Assembly (NCBI GenBank): GCA_965214775.1
Contig: OZ243974.1
Location: 1,152,001 to 1,216,000 of the forward strand
DNA length: 64,000 bases
Direction: 5' to 3'
Source: Nitrosopumilus sp.
GTDB taxonomy: Archaea; Thermoproteota; Nitrososphaeria; Nitrososphaerales; Nitrosopumilaceae
Made by a program: the position numbers and the translations under genes. Position 1 is the stretch's first letter. Each line of letters begins with the position of its first letter. Shown here piece after piece: positions 1 through 11,197 of this stretch. The notes beneath the pieces are model-generated. The model searched no databases and was not told where the DNA came from. It saw only the letters and a program-made list of their open reading frames with translations.

Positions 1-436
1 CTTTGGTTGAGAATGTAGAAAACAGGAAAAAAATTGCCGTCGTTTCATATTTGGTAATCATTGAAGTCATACATGTATTGAGACAAAGAATCACTGAGAA
101 AAGCAAGTTTGTCGGTGATGGGAGAATAGAGCGCGATGGAATCATTGCCAGAGCAAATGCCCTTGTAGTCGAGTTTATATCCATTATAGACACATTGTCC
201 AAAGAACAGAAAATAATCATAGCAAGATCAGGCCAAAAAATCCACGAACATCACCACACAGTCATGAAAAAAATGGTGGGTTATTTTGGACATGTCAGAA
301 CTGTAAGCATGTGCCCTAATTGTAAAAAAAGGTGGGCTGGCAGAGAAAGCCAGATTAATTGCCCGTCATGCAAAAGCGGCCACAGGTTGCTAAGCAAATA
401 TCAGTACAAGGCATTGGGCCACGCAGACATGGAACA

Positions 437-1575
437 GGGGTTGTTTCCTAATTCACTTCATGCTGCCTCCACCGGTATCCCGAGATTTGCGGCACACTTG
501 AGTCTGTTTAGCACCTCAAGGTTCCACCCTATTGCCTTGCACAAACCGAACCTTCGGCGGGTAGATGCCTTTCTGAACCTGCACATCAGCCTGTGGTTCT
601 CTGCCTCTTCTGCACCAAAGATTCCCTCTATTGTTGCGCGCATCTTGTAGGATTCCGGATCAAACATCTTGGAAGCTTCCTTTCTGTGTTTCTTTTTGGT
701 GTGGACTGCATTGGCCCTTAGTTTGATGTTTGGTTTCATTCCAGATTCCTTGAGGAGCCTTACGTTCTCATCTGAATCGTATCCCCTGTCGGCGTTGAAG
801 ATGCCGGAGAATCCTAGTCCGATCCTCTTGATCTTCTGCAACAGTGATCTTAGGACGGTGGTGTCTGCCATTTTGTCCGAGGTAATCTGGCATGCCAGGA
901 TTACCTGCAGGCCCAGTACGGATGCCACATGCCACTTTAGGTACTGTTTGTAGGGCTTGGCCTTTCTCTTTCTTTCGGCCTTTTTTGCACCCGATTCGTG
1001 CGTAATATCGGCCTTTTTGTCCGTCTTTTTTGGCTTGAGATCCTTTCTCTTTTTGTTCTTGTCGTACCTGTCAGTAACGACGCCGGTGCTGTCGGCTGCA
1101 AGCTTGAGTGCAGACATGTCAAATCCTGCAAGGCATCTGCGTGCAGTCTCTGATATCATCCCCTCAAGCCACTTGCCAGGAATCTTTGGCAGGAACTTGC
1201 ACAGGGTGACGTGGTCTGGCACCGGTTCGTCGTTCCAGCGAGGCAGTTTTAGAAAGTGCGCAAGACACTGCGTGTCACGGTACGTCAGATCTAGGCAGAC
1301 CATCAAAATGCACAGGCAGGCCAGCTTGTCACGGCTGTGGACTGTCGGCCGTCCCGGTCCGGAACTGACCTTCTTTACGGGACATGGGTTCTCCACTATC
1401 AAAGAAACTATATTGGATAGGAGAAACACCATTTCTTGGGTGTGGGCAGCATGGTAATACTTCCAGTACCCATCGCGTCTCTTATGTTCCGTCATTAGAG
1501 AACCACGCCCGTTCTGATCAATATAGTGTAGACTCTAGAAAATTAGACTAAATTGCCGAATTAGGAAACAACCCC
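437..1575 (-). mobile_element. IS5/IS4-superfamily insertion sequence, complete
   Basis: 18-bp perfect TIR GGGGTTGTTTCCTAATTC; 9-bp TSD CATGGAACA (428-436, 1576-1584). Confidence 0.92.
458..1495 (-). CDS. DDE transposase (IS5-like)
   Basis: AADSTG, ADRGYDS and R..IEGIFG motifs. Confidence 0.9.
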   Translation of the reverse strand: MTEHKRRDGYWKYYHAAHTQEMVFLLSNIVSLIVENPCPVKKVSSGPGRPTVHSRDKLACLCILMVCLDLTYRDTQCLAHFLKLPRWNDEPVPDHVTLCKFLPKIPGKWLEGMISETARRCLAGFDMSALKLAADSTGVVTDRYDKNKKRKDLKPKKTDKKADITHESGAKKAERKRKAKPYKQYLKWHVASVLGLQVILACQITSDKMADTTVLRSLLQKIKRIGLGFSGIFNADRGYDSDENVRLLKESGMKPNIKLRANAVHTKKKHRKEASKMFDPESYKMRATIEGIFGAEEAENHRLMCRFRKASTRRRFGLCKAIGWNLEVLNRLKCAANLGIPVEAA

Positions 1576-1737
1576 CATGGAACATGCATATCTTGCCAGA
1601 TGCAGCTCTGTTCCATTATTCTACTCCACGGACAAGTCATTTGGTGATTTGAGAAACGATTCTGACTTTGGCCAAACAATTTTTAAAATAATTCCAAATC
1701 CCTCAATACGTGGTCATTTCTCATGATTATCCTCAGT

Positions 1738-2540
1738 AGACTTTATGCGTAATCGACCGTGATTAAAAATTCCGCGGGGTTTTCCGGGCGTGGATGCATC
1801 GATCAGATCAAGCTACCGCATGCGGATATATCATGACGCGCGCAAAAACCTGCTCGTGCCAAAAAGACGTGCGCAACCTTACAGCACGGTGATGTGCCCC
1901 GCTGACAAGTCAGAAAAAAGGCGGCCCGTACCGCCGCACGTCATATGTCAAGCAGATGGCGGTACTTTTTCTTTTCTAGTATCGTCTTGAGGTTCTCAAG
2001 ACCCGTAATTACCTGCATGAAATAGTTTAGATCCTTGGCAGTTCCGCCAAACGGCGTGGTCAGGATGGCATATTTCTTGAACTTCCCTATGTGGTGCTCC
2101 ACCTTGACGCGGACCCTGCTGATCTGCTTGCGGCGCCTCTTCTGCGTTTTGGTGAGCTCCCCGTCTTTGGGCTTCTTGGGAGGCTGCTTGTGTATGGCGC
2201 CCGGAAGCATCTTTTGGATGCCCTCAAAGCCCAGGTCGCTGTAAACTGTAAATGCACTTTCAGGATCGTCGGCGTTTTCTGCTTTCTTCATTGCTTTTGT
2301 GTGCCTTCCAAAGTCCGGGACACCTCCCGCGTTCATCAGGCCCTTGTCGTTGACGCTGCCGTCTACAGTCTCGCTGCAGTCCAGCGCAAGGCTGTCCAGA
2401 TTCGTGGTGACCAGCGTGTTGAACATGTGCCGCTTTTTTCTTCCCGAGTATCTGGTCTTTCTTGCGGTCCTGTCCCCGGGCCTGTCTACCGGAGTCAGGG
2501 TACCGTCAATCAGGAGCGTCTTTTTTGGGATCAGCTCCTC
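1738..2540 (-). pseudogene. 5'-truncated IS5-family (DDE_Tnp_4-like) transposase with right TIR
   Basis: IDGT, YSGRKKRH, SDLGFEG and RVKVEHHIG motifs. TIR AGACTTTATGCGTAATCGA at 1738. N-terminus cut off by the IS66 at 2541. Confidence 0.85.
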
Positions 2541-4174
2541 GTATGAGGTCACCTACCCCTCACAATAGGGTAAACATTACTGACTGTGCCTGATCCTTAT
2601 ACTATGATCGCGTAGACTAGGCATTATGAAAGGTCAACTCCTCACATGCTGCAAGAACGAGGCATCTACAGCATCGCCCACGGAGACGCTAAGGAACCTA
2701 AAAAAGGACCTCAAGGAGCGTGACAATATCATTGAGGAGCAGGGCAGGACCATCAAGGAGCAGGGCAGGACCATTGAAAAGCTAAACAAGACCATCAAGG
2801 AGCAGGGCAACAGGCTCCGATACTACGAGAACGAGAACTCGCCCCCGTCGGCGGACTCGCTGGCGTGGAAGGAGCAAAAGGCGCAGAGGAGAAAGGAGAG
2901 GGCCAGGTCCGATGCTGCAGCCGGGAAGGACGGCGCCAAGGACAGGAAAAAGCCCGGCGGCCAGAAGGGCCACAAGGGCGTATCACACATCCACCGGCCC
3001 ACCAAGGTGCAAAGGCACGACTTTCCGGGTGGACGGGCGCCGGAGTGCAAGTGCGGCACCACCACGGAGATCGCAAAAAGACCGCAGACACGCGACATGA
3101 TTGGATTTGAGATCAAGGCGATTGAGACTCGCCACGAGTCGCAGAGGGCAGTATGCCCAAAGTGCGGCACGTATCATATTGCCCCCAACGGCCTGCCCCG
3201 ATGCGGCAACTACGACACGAGCGTGGTCACAGCCGTCACCAAGCTGCGCAGCGAGGGCGTTCCATACAGCAGGATCCCAGGCATCCTGTCAGATATCACG
3301 GGTGTGGACATGTCAAAGTCAACTGCAATCAACAACGTGGGGCGCGTCTGCGACGCCGCAAAGGCGCCTGCTGAGGCCATCGCAGAGGAGGTAAAAAGCT
3401 CAAAGACCGTCTGCATAGACGAGACGGGGATCAACCTGGCAGGCAAGACGGGGTGGGTGTGGACCATACTGTCAGCAGCAGGCATACTCATGATATACAA
3501 CAATACAAGGAAGGCCCTGGTTCTGGACCAGTACATGAGCGGGTACAAGGGCGTCGTCACATCGGACGGATATCCCGCATACAAGAGGTTCGATCCGGGG
3601 GGAAGGCACCAGAGGTGCTGGGCGCACGAGCTGCGAGCCCTCCTGTATGGTTCGCAGAAAAAGGGTGCCCTGCTGTTTGCAGGGATCCTGTACCGGCAGG
3701 GGCAGCAGCTGTTCGGAGACGCCAAGACGTGTCTGGAAGGACAGGACGAGCTGTCCAAGGTGGATCTCCTAGATCTTGAGGAGAGGACGGGGATAAGAGC
3801 TGCCGACGGGCTGATGGGCAGGCACTCGCCGGAGCTGCGCCCCGCTGTTTGAGTCCATGATGCGCAACGTCCTGTTCGGATACAGGGATGTGCAGGACGA
3901 ATCGCTGAAATCCCTTGTCAGGAGGATGTACAATGCCCTGCCTGGCCTGTTTGCGTTCCTGGAATACGAGGGCGTCGAGCCCACCAACAATTCCGCAGAG
4001 CGGGCGCTGCGCCCCGTCGTGCTGCAGGACAAGATAAGCGGACAGATCAAGGGCGGCCTGGTATGGATGAACAGATACGGATGGCTCAACACATGCACGT
4101 CGACGTGGAAGCTGCAGGGCAGGTCCATCATGGCTGAGGTAGCCAAAATAATCTAGGGGTAGGTGACCTCATAC
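2541..4174 (+). mobile_element. IS66-family element (single tnpC), no matching TSD
   Basis: 20-bp TIR GTATGAGGTCACCTACCCCT / AGGGGTAGGTGACCTCATAC; the two flanks differ. Confidence 0.88.
2626..4156 (+). pseudogene. tnpC: IS66 transposase TnpC, frameshifted near 3850
   Basis: Coiled coil, NSPPS, KPGGQKGHKG, Zn finger, IDETG, SDGY, QRCWAH; PTNNSAERALR lies in the second frame (3857-4156). Confidence 0.85.
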
Positions 4175-4412
4175 CGCTATTTTTAATAATCTGACTCGAT
4201 TTAACCATGATATCAGAATGAACGTCTTATGCGTCTCCATACTGCAGGGCATCCATGCCAGAGCCTTGGTGATCATTGGGGGGGGGGGTTCCCGACGGCG
4301 GGGCAGGGATCGAGGCGGAACGGCTCGGGTCTTGCGGCTGTGATGGATTTGTATGCGGTCATGACCCTGGCGGCACAGGGGCCTGTCCGTACGGAATCTG
4401 TACCAGTACGGC

Positions 4413-7400
4413 ATGCGGCCGGACATCCTTGCCGGATGCAGGCAACTACGGACGGTACGGCGGGGGATGCATATGCACATGAGGCACCGCGCCCGTACTG
4501 AATCCGTGGCATGCGGCCTGCCGCATCTGCGGTGCCCGTCACATCGGGCCTCTGCAAGTGCACCCGTCCTGTACCTGGTGCTCATCGCAGCTGCCGTCTC
4601 ATGCTTGGCCGTCGCTGGTGGCCTGCAGGAGGCATATGCACAGAGCTCGGTCGAGGTGTCCCCGGTTGGGGATTTGGAAAACAATAACTCCAGGCTGCTT
4701 GACGGCGCCACCGGCGTGGACGTCTTTACGATAGGCGACAGGACCTACGCCGTAGTGGCCGCCCGCGACGACGACGGCATCCAGATTGTAGATATCACCA
4801 ACCCTGCCAGTCCGACTGCCGCCGGGAAACTGGGAGATGATAACTCCAGGCTGCTTGACGGCGCCCACGGCGTGGCCATCTTTACGATAGGCGACAGGAC
4901 CTACGCCGTAGTGGCCGCCCGCTTCAGCGACGGCATCCAGATTGTAGATATCACCAACCCTGCCAGTCCGGCTGCCGCCGGGAATCTGGCAGACACTGAG
5001 GGCGACAACGAGCTGCTGCTTGACGGCGCCCGCGGCGTGGACACCTTCACGATAGGTAGCAAGACCTATGCCGCAGTGGCCTCCTTCATCGACGACGGCA
5101 TCCAGATTGTAGACGTCTCCAACCCTGCCAGTCCGGCTGCCGCCGGGAATCTGGGGAATACCGGCTCCCTGGAGCTTGACGGCGCCACCGGCGTGGACGT
5201 CTTTACGAAAGGCGGCAAGACCTATGCCGCAGTGGCCTCATGGCTTGATGACGGCATCCAGGTCGTAGACGTCTCCAACCCTGCCAGTCCGGCTGCCGCC
5301 GGGAATCTGGGAGACCGGGGTATCCGGGAGCTTGACGGCGCCATCGGCGTGGCCGCCTTCCAGAGGGGCAGCAAGGCATTTCTGGCAGTCGCCTCCGTTG
5401 ATGACGACGGCTTTGAGATTGTAGACGTCACCAGTCCTCACGGTCCGACTGCCGCCGGAAGGCTGGATGATGATGGTTCCCGCCTGCTTGACGGCGCCTA
5501 CGGCGTGGACGTCTTTACGATAGGCAGCAGGACCTATGCTGCAGTGGCCTCCTCCGTCGACGACGGCATCCAGATCATACACGTCTCCGATCCTACCGCT
5601 GCCCACACCGTTGGCAAGCTGGGAGATAATAACTCCCTGGAGCTTGACGGCGCCACCGACGTGGACGTCTTCACGATAGGCGGCGGCACCTACGCGGCAG
5701 TAGTGTCCCAAAACGACGACGGCCTCCAGATGGTAATTATCGGCAAGCAGGGAGCTCCGGAGTTTGCATCGGCTACACTAGACGACAACACGGGCACCAT
5801 GACGATCACCTTCAGCGAGGTCATAGACGTCTCGGATACGGACCTCTCAAAGATATACGTCAGTGATGCAGGCCAGACCAACGGGGTGTCTATGAGCGGG
5901 GCCACCTTTGATGATGCGGTGCCGGACTCGGAGACGATATCGATTACCCTTACACGGGCACAGCTGGACGGCATAGCCGCAATGAGGGTCCCGCAGCTTG
6001 ACATCGCGGCGGGAGCGGTGGAGGATCATGCCGGACATCACATAGGCACCGCACGCGACAAAACAGTCACGACGGCCAGCCCGGACAGCCCAATCCCCGC
6101 CGGAAGGCTGCCTGACGGTGCGGGGTTGTATCTTGAAAAGTCACGCGGCGTGGATACCTTTACAATAGGAAGCAACGCCTACGCCGTCGCCGTCTCCAGC
6201 ACCGAGGACGGCCTCCAGATCGTGGATATCACCAATCCCGCCCGCCTGACTCCCGCCGGAAATATGAGGGATGCACACAACAGCCTGCTTGACGGCGCCC
6301 GCGCCGTGGACACCTTCACGAAAGGCAGCAAGACCTACGCCACAGTGGCCTCGCATGCCGAGGACGGCATCCAGATTGTCGACGTCTCCAATCCGGCCAG
6401 CCCGAAGCCCACCGGCAATATGGGCGTTTATGCCTCTTCCCGCCTGCTTGACGGCGCCAACGGCGTGAGCAACTTTAAGATCGACGGCGGCACCTACGCG
6501 GCAGTCACCTCCCAGTACGACGGCGGCCTCCAGATCATAGATGTCACCAAGCCCAACAATCCGGCAGAGTCCGGGAGGCTGGAGGATAGCACCTCGCGGC
6601 TGCTTGAGGATACCTCCTCTGTGGACACCTTCAGGAGGGGCGGCTCCACATATGCAGTAGTGGCCTCGTGGGGGGATGACGGCCTTGAGATCATAGACGT
6701 CAGCAACCCGTCCAGTCCTGCAGAGACGGGACGGCTGGCAGACGACAATGACGTGCTACTCAGGGGAATCCGCGCCGTGGATGCATTCGAGGCGGGAGGC
6801 TCTGCATACGTGGCAGTGGCGTCACATGGTGAAAACGGCCTCCAGATCGTGGACGTCTCGGATCCTGCCAATCCGTCACCTGCCGGAAATCTTGTAGATG
6901 CCAGCAACCGGCTGCTTGGCGGGGCCAGCGGCGTGGAGATATTCGTGGTGGACCAGGCAATCTACGCCGCAGTGGCCTCCCAGTCTGACGACGGCCTCCA
7001 GATCGTGGACGTCTCGGATCCGGACAATCCCGCAGAGGCCGGATCCCTGAGGGACGGCCCGGGACTCTCGCTTGACGCGGCCCGAGATCTGTCCGTGTTC
7101 ACCCGCAACGGGGATACGTACGCCGTGGTGGCCTCTGACACGGAGGGCCTCCAGACAGTAAAGCTTGCAGAGGCCCCCAACAGCCCGCCGGTGGCACCCG
7201 ATGAGACGGCCACCACTGCAGAGGACACGCCTGTAACCATAACGCCTGCCATATCGGATCCCGACACATCGGACACCCCGGTGATATCAGCAGTAGTGGA
7301 TCCGCCCAACGGGTCTGCAACCCATGACGATGATACGATAACGTATACTCCAGATCAGGACTATGAGGGTACGGACACGTTCGAATATACCGTAAGTGAC

Positions 7401-10400
7401 GGCACCGGCACCACACAGGGCACGGTAACGGTAACAGTCACGCGCGACAACAACGATCCCGTTCTGGGTACCATAGGAGACCAGACGGCTACTCCGGATG
7501 TTCAATTAACCATAACGCCGACTGTAACTGACGCCGATCCTACCGATACGCACACGTACTCGATATCTCGCGGCACGCTGCCGGCAGCCGCCGCATTTAC
7601 TGCATCTGACGGCACCCTCGTCTGGACGCCCGTATCGGCTGATGCCGGGCAGACTCACGAGGTTACAATAACGGTAAATGATGGCCGCAGCGGTACCGAC
7701 TCGGAGACATTTGACATAGTTGTGCCCGCCGCAATCACGCTTACCCCGGTCGGGAGTCTGGACGACAGCCCGCAACTGCTACTTCACGGCGCCTTTGGCG
7801 TGGACGTATTCACGATAGGCAGCAACACCTACGCGGTCGTCGCCTCCGAATACGATGACGGCATCCAGCTAGTTGACATCACCAACCCTGCCAGTCCTGC
7901 AGCCGCCGGCAGTCTGAACGATACGGGTTCCACGGTGCTTGACGGCCCCCAGGGCGTGGACGTCTTTACGATAGGCAGCAACACCTATGCGGCAGTGGCC
8001 TCCTTCGTCGATGGCGGCATCCAGATCATAGACATCACCAACCCTGCCAGTCCTGCAGCCGCCGGCAGTCTGACCGATACGGGTTCCAGTGTGCTTGACG
8101 GCGCCCGCGATGTGGACGTCTTTACGATAGGCAGCAACACCTACGCGGCCGTCGTCTCCCTCGACGAAGACGGCATCCAGCTAGTTGACATCACCAACCC
8201 TGCCAGTCCTGCAGCCGCCGGCAGCCTGGACGATACGGGTTCCACGGTGCTTGGCGGCGCCCGCGGTGTGGACGTCTTTACGATAGGCAGCAACACCTAT
8301 GCGGCAGTGGCCGCCGAATACGAAGACGGCATACAACTAGTGGATGTCACCAACCCTGCCAGTCCTGCAGCCGCCGGCAGCCTGAAAGAAGGTCAAGGTG
8401 GCTCTCAGGACCTTGACGGTTCATATGCTGTGGACACCTTCACGATAGGCAGCAACACCTACGCAGCAGTGGTTGGCGAAGCAGATAACGGCCTCCAGAT
8501 TGTAGACATCACCAATCCTGCCAGTCTCACGGCCACGGGAAGTATAGGGGATACCGGCACCACGCGGCTTAAAAGTCCACGCGGTGTGGATGTATTCACG
8601 ATAGACAGCAGTACTTATGCAATCGTTGCATCCGCCCATAACAACGGCATCCAGCTAGTTGACATCACCAATCCTGCCAGTCCTATCCAAGCCGGGAATC
8701 TGGGGGATACGGGCTCCTTGGAGCTCCTCAGTCCACGCGGCGTGGCCGTCTTTACAATTGGACAAGACGTCTACGCGGCAGTTGCCGCCTTTGGCGACCA
8801 CGGCCTCCAGCTGGTGAGGCTGGGCGGGGAGGCAGAGACGCCCAACAGTCTGCCGGTGGCACCTGACGAGACGGCAACCACCGCAGAGGATACGCCCATT
8901 ACCATAACGCCTGCAATATCGGATCCGGACACATCGGATACCCCGATGATATCGGCAGTAGAGAACCCGCCAAACGGGACTGTTATACATGATGATACCA
9001 CCATAACTTATACGCCTGATCAGGGCTATACGGGCACCGATACGTTCGGATATACGGTAACTGATGGCACCGACTCTGTACAAGGCACGGTAACGGTAAC
9101 CGTCACACGCGACAACAACACCTCAAAGGCAATATCTGACCTGCTAAGCATCTACCACGCAAGGCCAGACCTGCAGGCAGCATACCCGGAGGCCGGCTCC
9201 GGCGACGATATGACGAGACTACTCAGATGGGCATGGCAGTACGGAATTGTTGACTATCCTGCAGACCCCAACGGCCCACATGCAGTCCTGGGCCCGCACG
9301 CGCACACCTATGCACTGCTCTCCATATACGACGCAAGGCCCGACCTGCAGGCAGCATACCCGGAGGTCGTGGCAGGCGATCGTGACGCACTGACTGTCTG
9401 GGCGCGCGACTGGGGAATCAACGACTATCCGGATGATCCCGTGGGTCCTGCCGCAGTCCTGGGCCCGCACGCGCACACCTATGCACTGCTCTCCATATAC
9501 GACGCAAGGCCCGACCTGCAGGCAGCATACCCGGAGGTCGTGGCAGGCGATCGTGACGCACTGACTGTCTGGGCGCGCGACTGGGGAATCAACGACTATC
9601 CGGATGATCCCGTGGGTCCTGCCGCAGTCCTGGGCCCGCACGCGCACACCTATGCACTGCTCTCCATATACGACGCAAGGCCCGACCTGCAGGCAGCATA
9701 CCCGGAGGTCGTGGCAGGCGATCGTGACGCACTGACTGTCTGGGCGCGCGATTGGGGAATCAACGACTATCCGGATGATCCCGTGGGTCCTGCCGCAGTC
9801 CTGGGTCCGCACGCGCACACCTATGCACTGCTCTCCATATACGACGCAAGGCCGGATCTGCAGGCAGCATACCCGGAGGTCGTGGCAGGCGATCGTGACG
9901 CACTGACTGTCTGGGCGCGCGATTGGGGAATCAACGACTATCCGGATGATCCCGTGGGTCCTGCCGCAGTCCTGGGTCCGCACGCGCACACCTATGCACT
10001 GCTCTCCATATACGACGCAAGGCCGGATCTGCAGGCAGCATACCCGGAGGTCGTGGCAGGCGATCGTGACGCACTGACTGTCTGGGCGCGCGATTGGGGA
10101 ATCAACGACTATCCGGATGATCCCGTGGGTCCTGCCGCAGTCCTGGGTCCGCACGCGCACACCTATGCACTGCTCTCCATATACGACGCAAGGCCGGATC
10201 TGCAGGCAGCATACCCGGAGGTCGTGGCAGGCGACCACACAGCACTGACTGTCTGGGCGCGCGACTGGGGAATCAACGACTATCCGGATGATCCCGTGGG
10301 TCCTGCCGCAGTCCTGGGTCCGCACGCGCACACCTATGCACTGCTCTCCATATACGACGCAAGGCCGGATCTGCAGGCAGCATACCCGGAGGTCGTGGCA

Positions 10401-10499
10401 GGCGATCGTGACGCACTGATCAAGTGGATACGGGATTACGGGATAACTGAATATCCGTCTGTCCTAGGCCCATATGCACACATCTATGGTAGAGACTAA
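4413..10499 (+). CDS. Giant secreted surface protein 1: signal/TM segment, three LVIVD-like repeat blocks (probable beta-propellers), Ig/cadherin-like domains, 8 C-terminal 57-aa RPDL repeats
   Basis: Hydrophobic segment ending EAYA|Q; ~50-aa 'TYAAVAS..DDGIQIVDITNP' repeats; 'TTAEDTPVTI..YTPDQ.Y.GTDTF.YTV.DG' Big_9-like domains. The true start may be somewhat downstream. Confidence 0.9.
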   Translation: MRPDILAGCRQLRTVRRGMHMHMRHRARTESVACGLPHLRCPSHRASASAPVLYLVLIAAAVSCLAVAGGLQEAYAQSSVEVSPVGDLENNNSRLLDGATGVDVFTIGDRTYAVVAARDDDGIQIVDITNPASPTAAGKLGDDNSRLLDGAHGVAIFTIGDRTYAVVAARFSDGIQIVDITNPASPAAAGNLADTEGDNELLLDGARGVDTFTIGSKTYAAVASFIDDGIQIVDVSNPASPAAAGNLGNTGSLELDGATGVDVFTKGGKTYAAVASWLDDGIQVVDVSNPASPAAAGNLGDRGIRELDGAIGVAAFQRGSKAFLAVASVDDDGFEIVDVTSPHGPTAAGRLDDDGSRLLDGAYGVDVFTIGSRTYAAVASSVDDGIQIIHVSDPTAAHTVGKLGDNNSLELDGATDVDVFTIGGGTYAAVVSQNDDGLQMVIIGKQGAPEFASATLDDNTGTMTITFSEVIDVSDTDLSKIYVSDAGQTNGVSMSGATFDDAVPDSETISITLTRAQLDGIAAMRVPQLDIAAGAVEDHAGHHIGTARDKTVTTASPDSPIPAGRLPDGAGLYLEKSRGVDTFTIGSNAYAVAVSSTEDGLQIVDITNPARLTPAGNMRDAHNSLLDGARAVDTFTKGSKTYATVASHAEDGIQIVDVSNPASPKPTGNMGVYASSRLLDGANGVSNFKIDGGTYAAVTSQYDGGLQIIDVTKPNNPAESGRLEDSTSRLLEDTSSVDTFRRGGSTYAVVASWGDDGLEIIDVSNPSSPAETGRLADDNDVLLRGIRAVDAFEAGGSAYVAVASHGENGLQIVDVSDPANPSPAGNLVDASNRLLGGASGVEIFVVDQAIYAAVASQSDDGLQIVDVSDPDNPAEAGSLRDGPGLSLDAARDLSVFTRNGDTYAVVASDTEGLQTVKLAEAPNSPPVAPDETATTAEDTPVTITPAISDPDTSDTPVISAVVDPPNGSATHDDDTITYTPDQDYEGTDTFEYTVSDGTGTTQGTVTVTVTRDNNDPVLGTIGDQTATPDVQLTITPTVTDADPTDTHTYSISRGTLPAAAAFTASDGTLVWTPVSADAGQTHEVTITVNDGRSGTDSETFDIVVPAAITLTPVGSLDDSPQLLLHGAFGVDVFTIGSNTYAVVASEYDDGIQLVDITNPASPAAAGSLNDTGSTVLDGPQGVDVFTIGSNTYAAVASFVDGGIQIIDITNPASPAAAGSLTDTGSSVLDGARDVDVFTIGSNTYAAVVSLDEDGIQLVDITNPASPAAAGSLDDTGSTVLGGARGVDVFTIGSNTYAAVAAEYEDGIQLVDVTNPASPAAAGSLKEGQGGSQDLDGSYAVDTFTIGSNTYAAVVGEADNGLQIVDITNPASLTATGSIGDTGTTRLKSPRGVDVFTIDSSTYAIVASAHNNGIQLVDITNPASPIQAGNLGDTGSLELLSPRGVAVFTIGQDVYAAVAAFGDHGLQLVRLGGEAETPNSLPVAPDETATTAEDTPITITPAISDPDTSDTPMISAVENPPNGTVIHDDTTITYTPDQGYTGTDTFGYTVTDGTDSVQGTVTVTVTRDNNTSKAISDLLSIYHARPDLQAAYPEAGSGDDMTRLLRWAWQYGIVDYPADPNGPHAVLGPHAHTYALLSIYDARPDLQAAYPEVVAGDRDALTVWARDWGINDYPDDPVGPAAVLGPHAHTYALLSIYDARPDLQAAYPEVVAGDRDALTVWARDWGINDYPDDPVGPAAVLGPHAHTYALLSIYDARPDLQAAYPEVVAGDRDALTVWARDWGINDYPDDPVGPAAVLGPHAHTYALLSIYDARPDLQAAYPEVVAGDRDALTVWARDWGINDYPDDPVGPAAVLGPHAHTYALLSIYDARPDLQAAYPEVVAGDRDALTVWARDWGINDYPDDPVGPAAVLGPHAHTYALLSIYDARPDLQAAYPEVVAGDHTALTVWARDWGINDYPDDPVGPAAVLGPHAHTYALLSIYDARPDLQAAYPEVVAGDRDALIKWIRDYGITEYPSVLGPYAHIYGRD
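9130..10496 (+). repeat. 171-bp (57-aa) tandem coding repeat, 8 units
   Basis: Near-identical units HAHTYALLSIYDARPDLQAAYPEVVAGDRDALTVWARDWGINDYPDDPVGPAAVLGP. Confidence 0.97.
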
Positions 10500-10512
10500 A
10501 TGTCTTAAAACG

Positions 10513-10642
10513 GGGGTTGTCGCCTAATTCCACCTGCCGGACTCAATCCGCACATTTTTCTGAATCTCCACCATTTTTGCACGCCTAGTCCGGATAACAT
10601 CATATGATTTTCAGAAATTCTGATGAATTAGGCGACAACCCC
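10513..10642. mobile_element. 130-bp MITE of the GGGGTTGT (IS5-like) family
   Basis: TIR GGGGTTGTCGCCTAATTC; 9-bp TSD CTTAAAACG; the empty site is present downstream of the paralogue at ~22216. Confidence 0.93.
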
Positions 10643-10756
10643 CTTAAAACGTAACAGGCTCATGTATGAACACGATATCGCGTATCTGACACCGGCCGCA
10701 TCCAGCTCGGAGATGACTGCTGCCGAAAAGAACTCGCGGTCTAGCATCACGGTAAT

Positions 10757-10857
10757 AGCTCGGGCTCTGGAAGCTGCTCCTAATTTCAGGCACGAGTCTG
10801 CCCGGGAGGCCTCTCCGAGGTGGCAAAACCCATGCCTGAACTTCCAGAACCCGAGCT
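10757..10857. repeat. ~100-bp palindromic dispersed element (copy 1)
   Basis: Nested inverted repeats AGCTCGGGCTCTGGAAG / CTTCCAGAACCCGAGCT and TTCAGGCA / TGCCTGAA; homologues at ~32452, ~49904 and ~52241. Confidence 0.8.
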
Positions 10858-11060
10858 GCTACGCATCGCGACTCCGAGATCGACCCCCGCGCGGCGTGCA
10901 GAATCGATGATTTTACGCACGAAATCGGCCGTATCCTCAAGGGGTCGGCATGTGCAGTGTTCCCAGCACAAGGCGGCAGTGGCTCACTATACACTGTGTG
11001 GTGATGTACTGCTAAAAGACTATCGTCCCACTCTTCTTCTTGGAGCGGATCAGCTCCCTG

Positions 11061-11197
11061 AGAGGTGATCCAAAATTAGAAACAATGTAAATTTTTCATG
11101 TAATTTCACAGATAGTTTGTATATTGTTGATGTTTTGAGCCGTTCTATGCAAATTCGTTCACAAATAATCAGAGTTTGCTAATTTCGAATCAACTCT
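11061..11197. mobile_element. 137-bp MITE (AGAGGTGATC family), copy 1
   Basis: Imperfect TIR AGAGGTGATCCAAAATTAG / CTAATTTCGAATCAACTCT; TSD CTG. Confidence 0.88.

Larger units (their letters stand above)
1..1726 (+). pseudogene. PIN-domain protein with inserted Zn-ribbon, split by IS insertion (5' end outside window)
   Basis: Removing 437-1575 and one TSD copy restores ...ALGHADMEHAYLARCSSVPLFYSTDKSFGDL...GHFS* (PIN-type E, D and 'TDK.F' motifs). CPNC...CPSC is inserted within the domain. Confidence 0.75.

Noticed and set aside
4218-4412. Stop-codon readthrough or selenocysteine extension of the giant proteins from an upstream in-frame ATG
   Set aside because: There are multiple in-frame stops, including TAA in the paralogue, and the peptide is not conserved.
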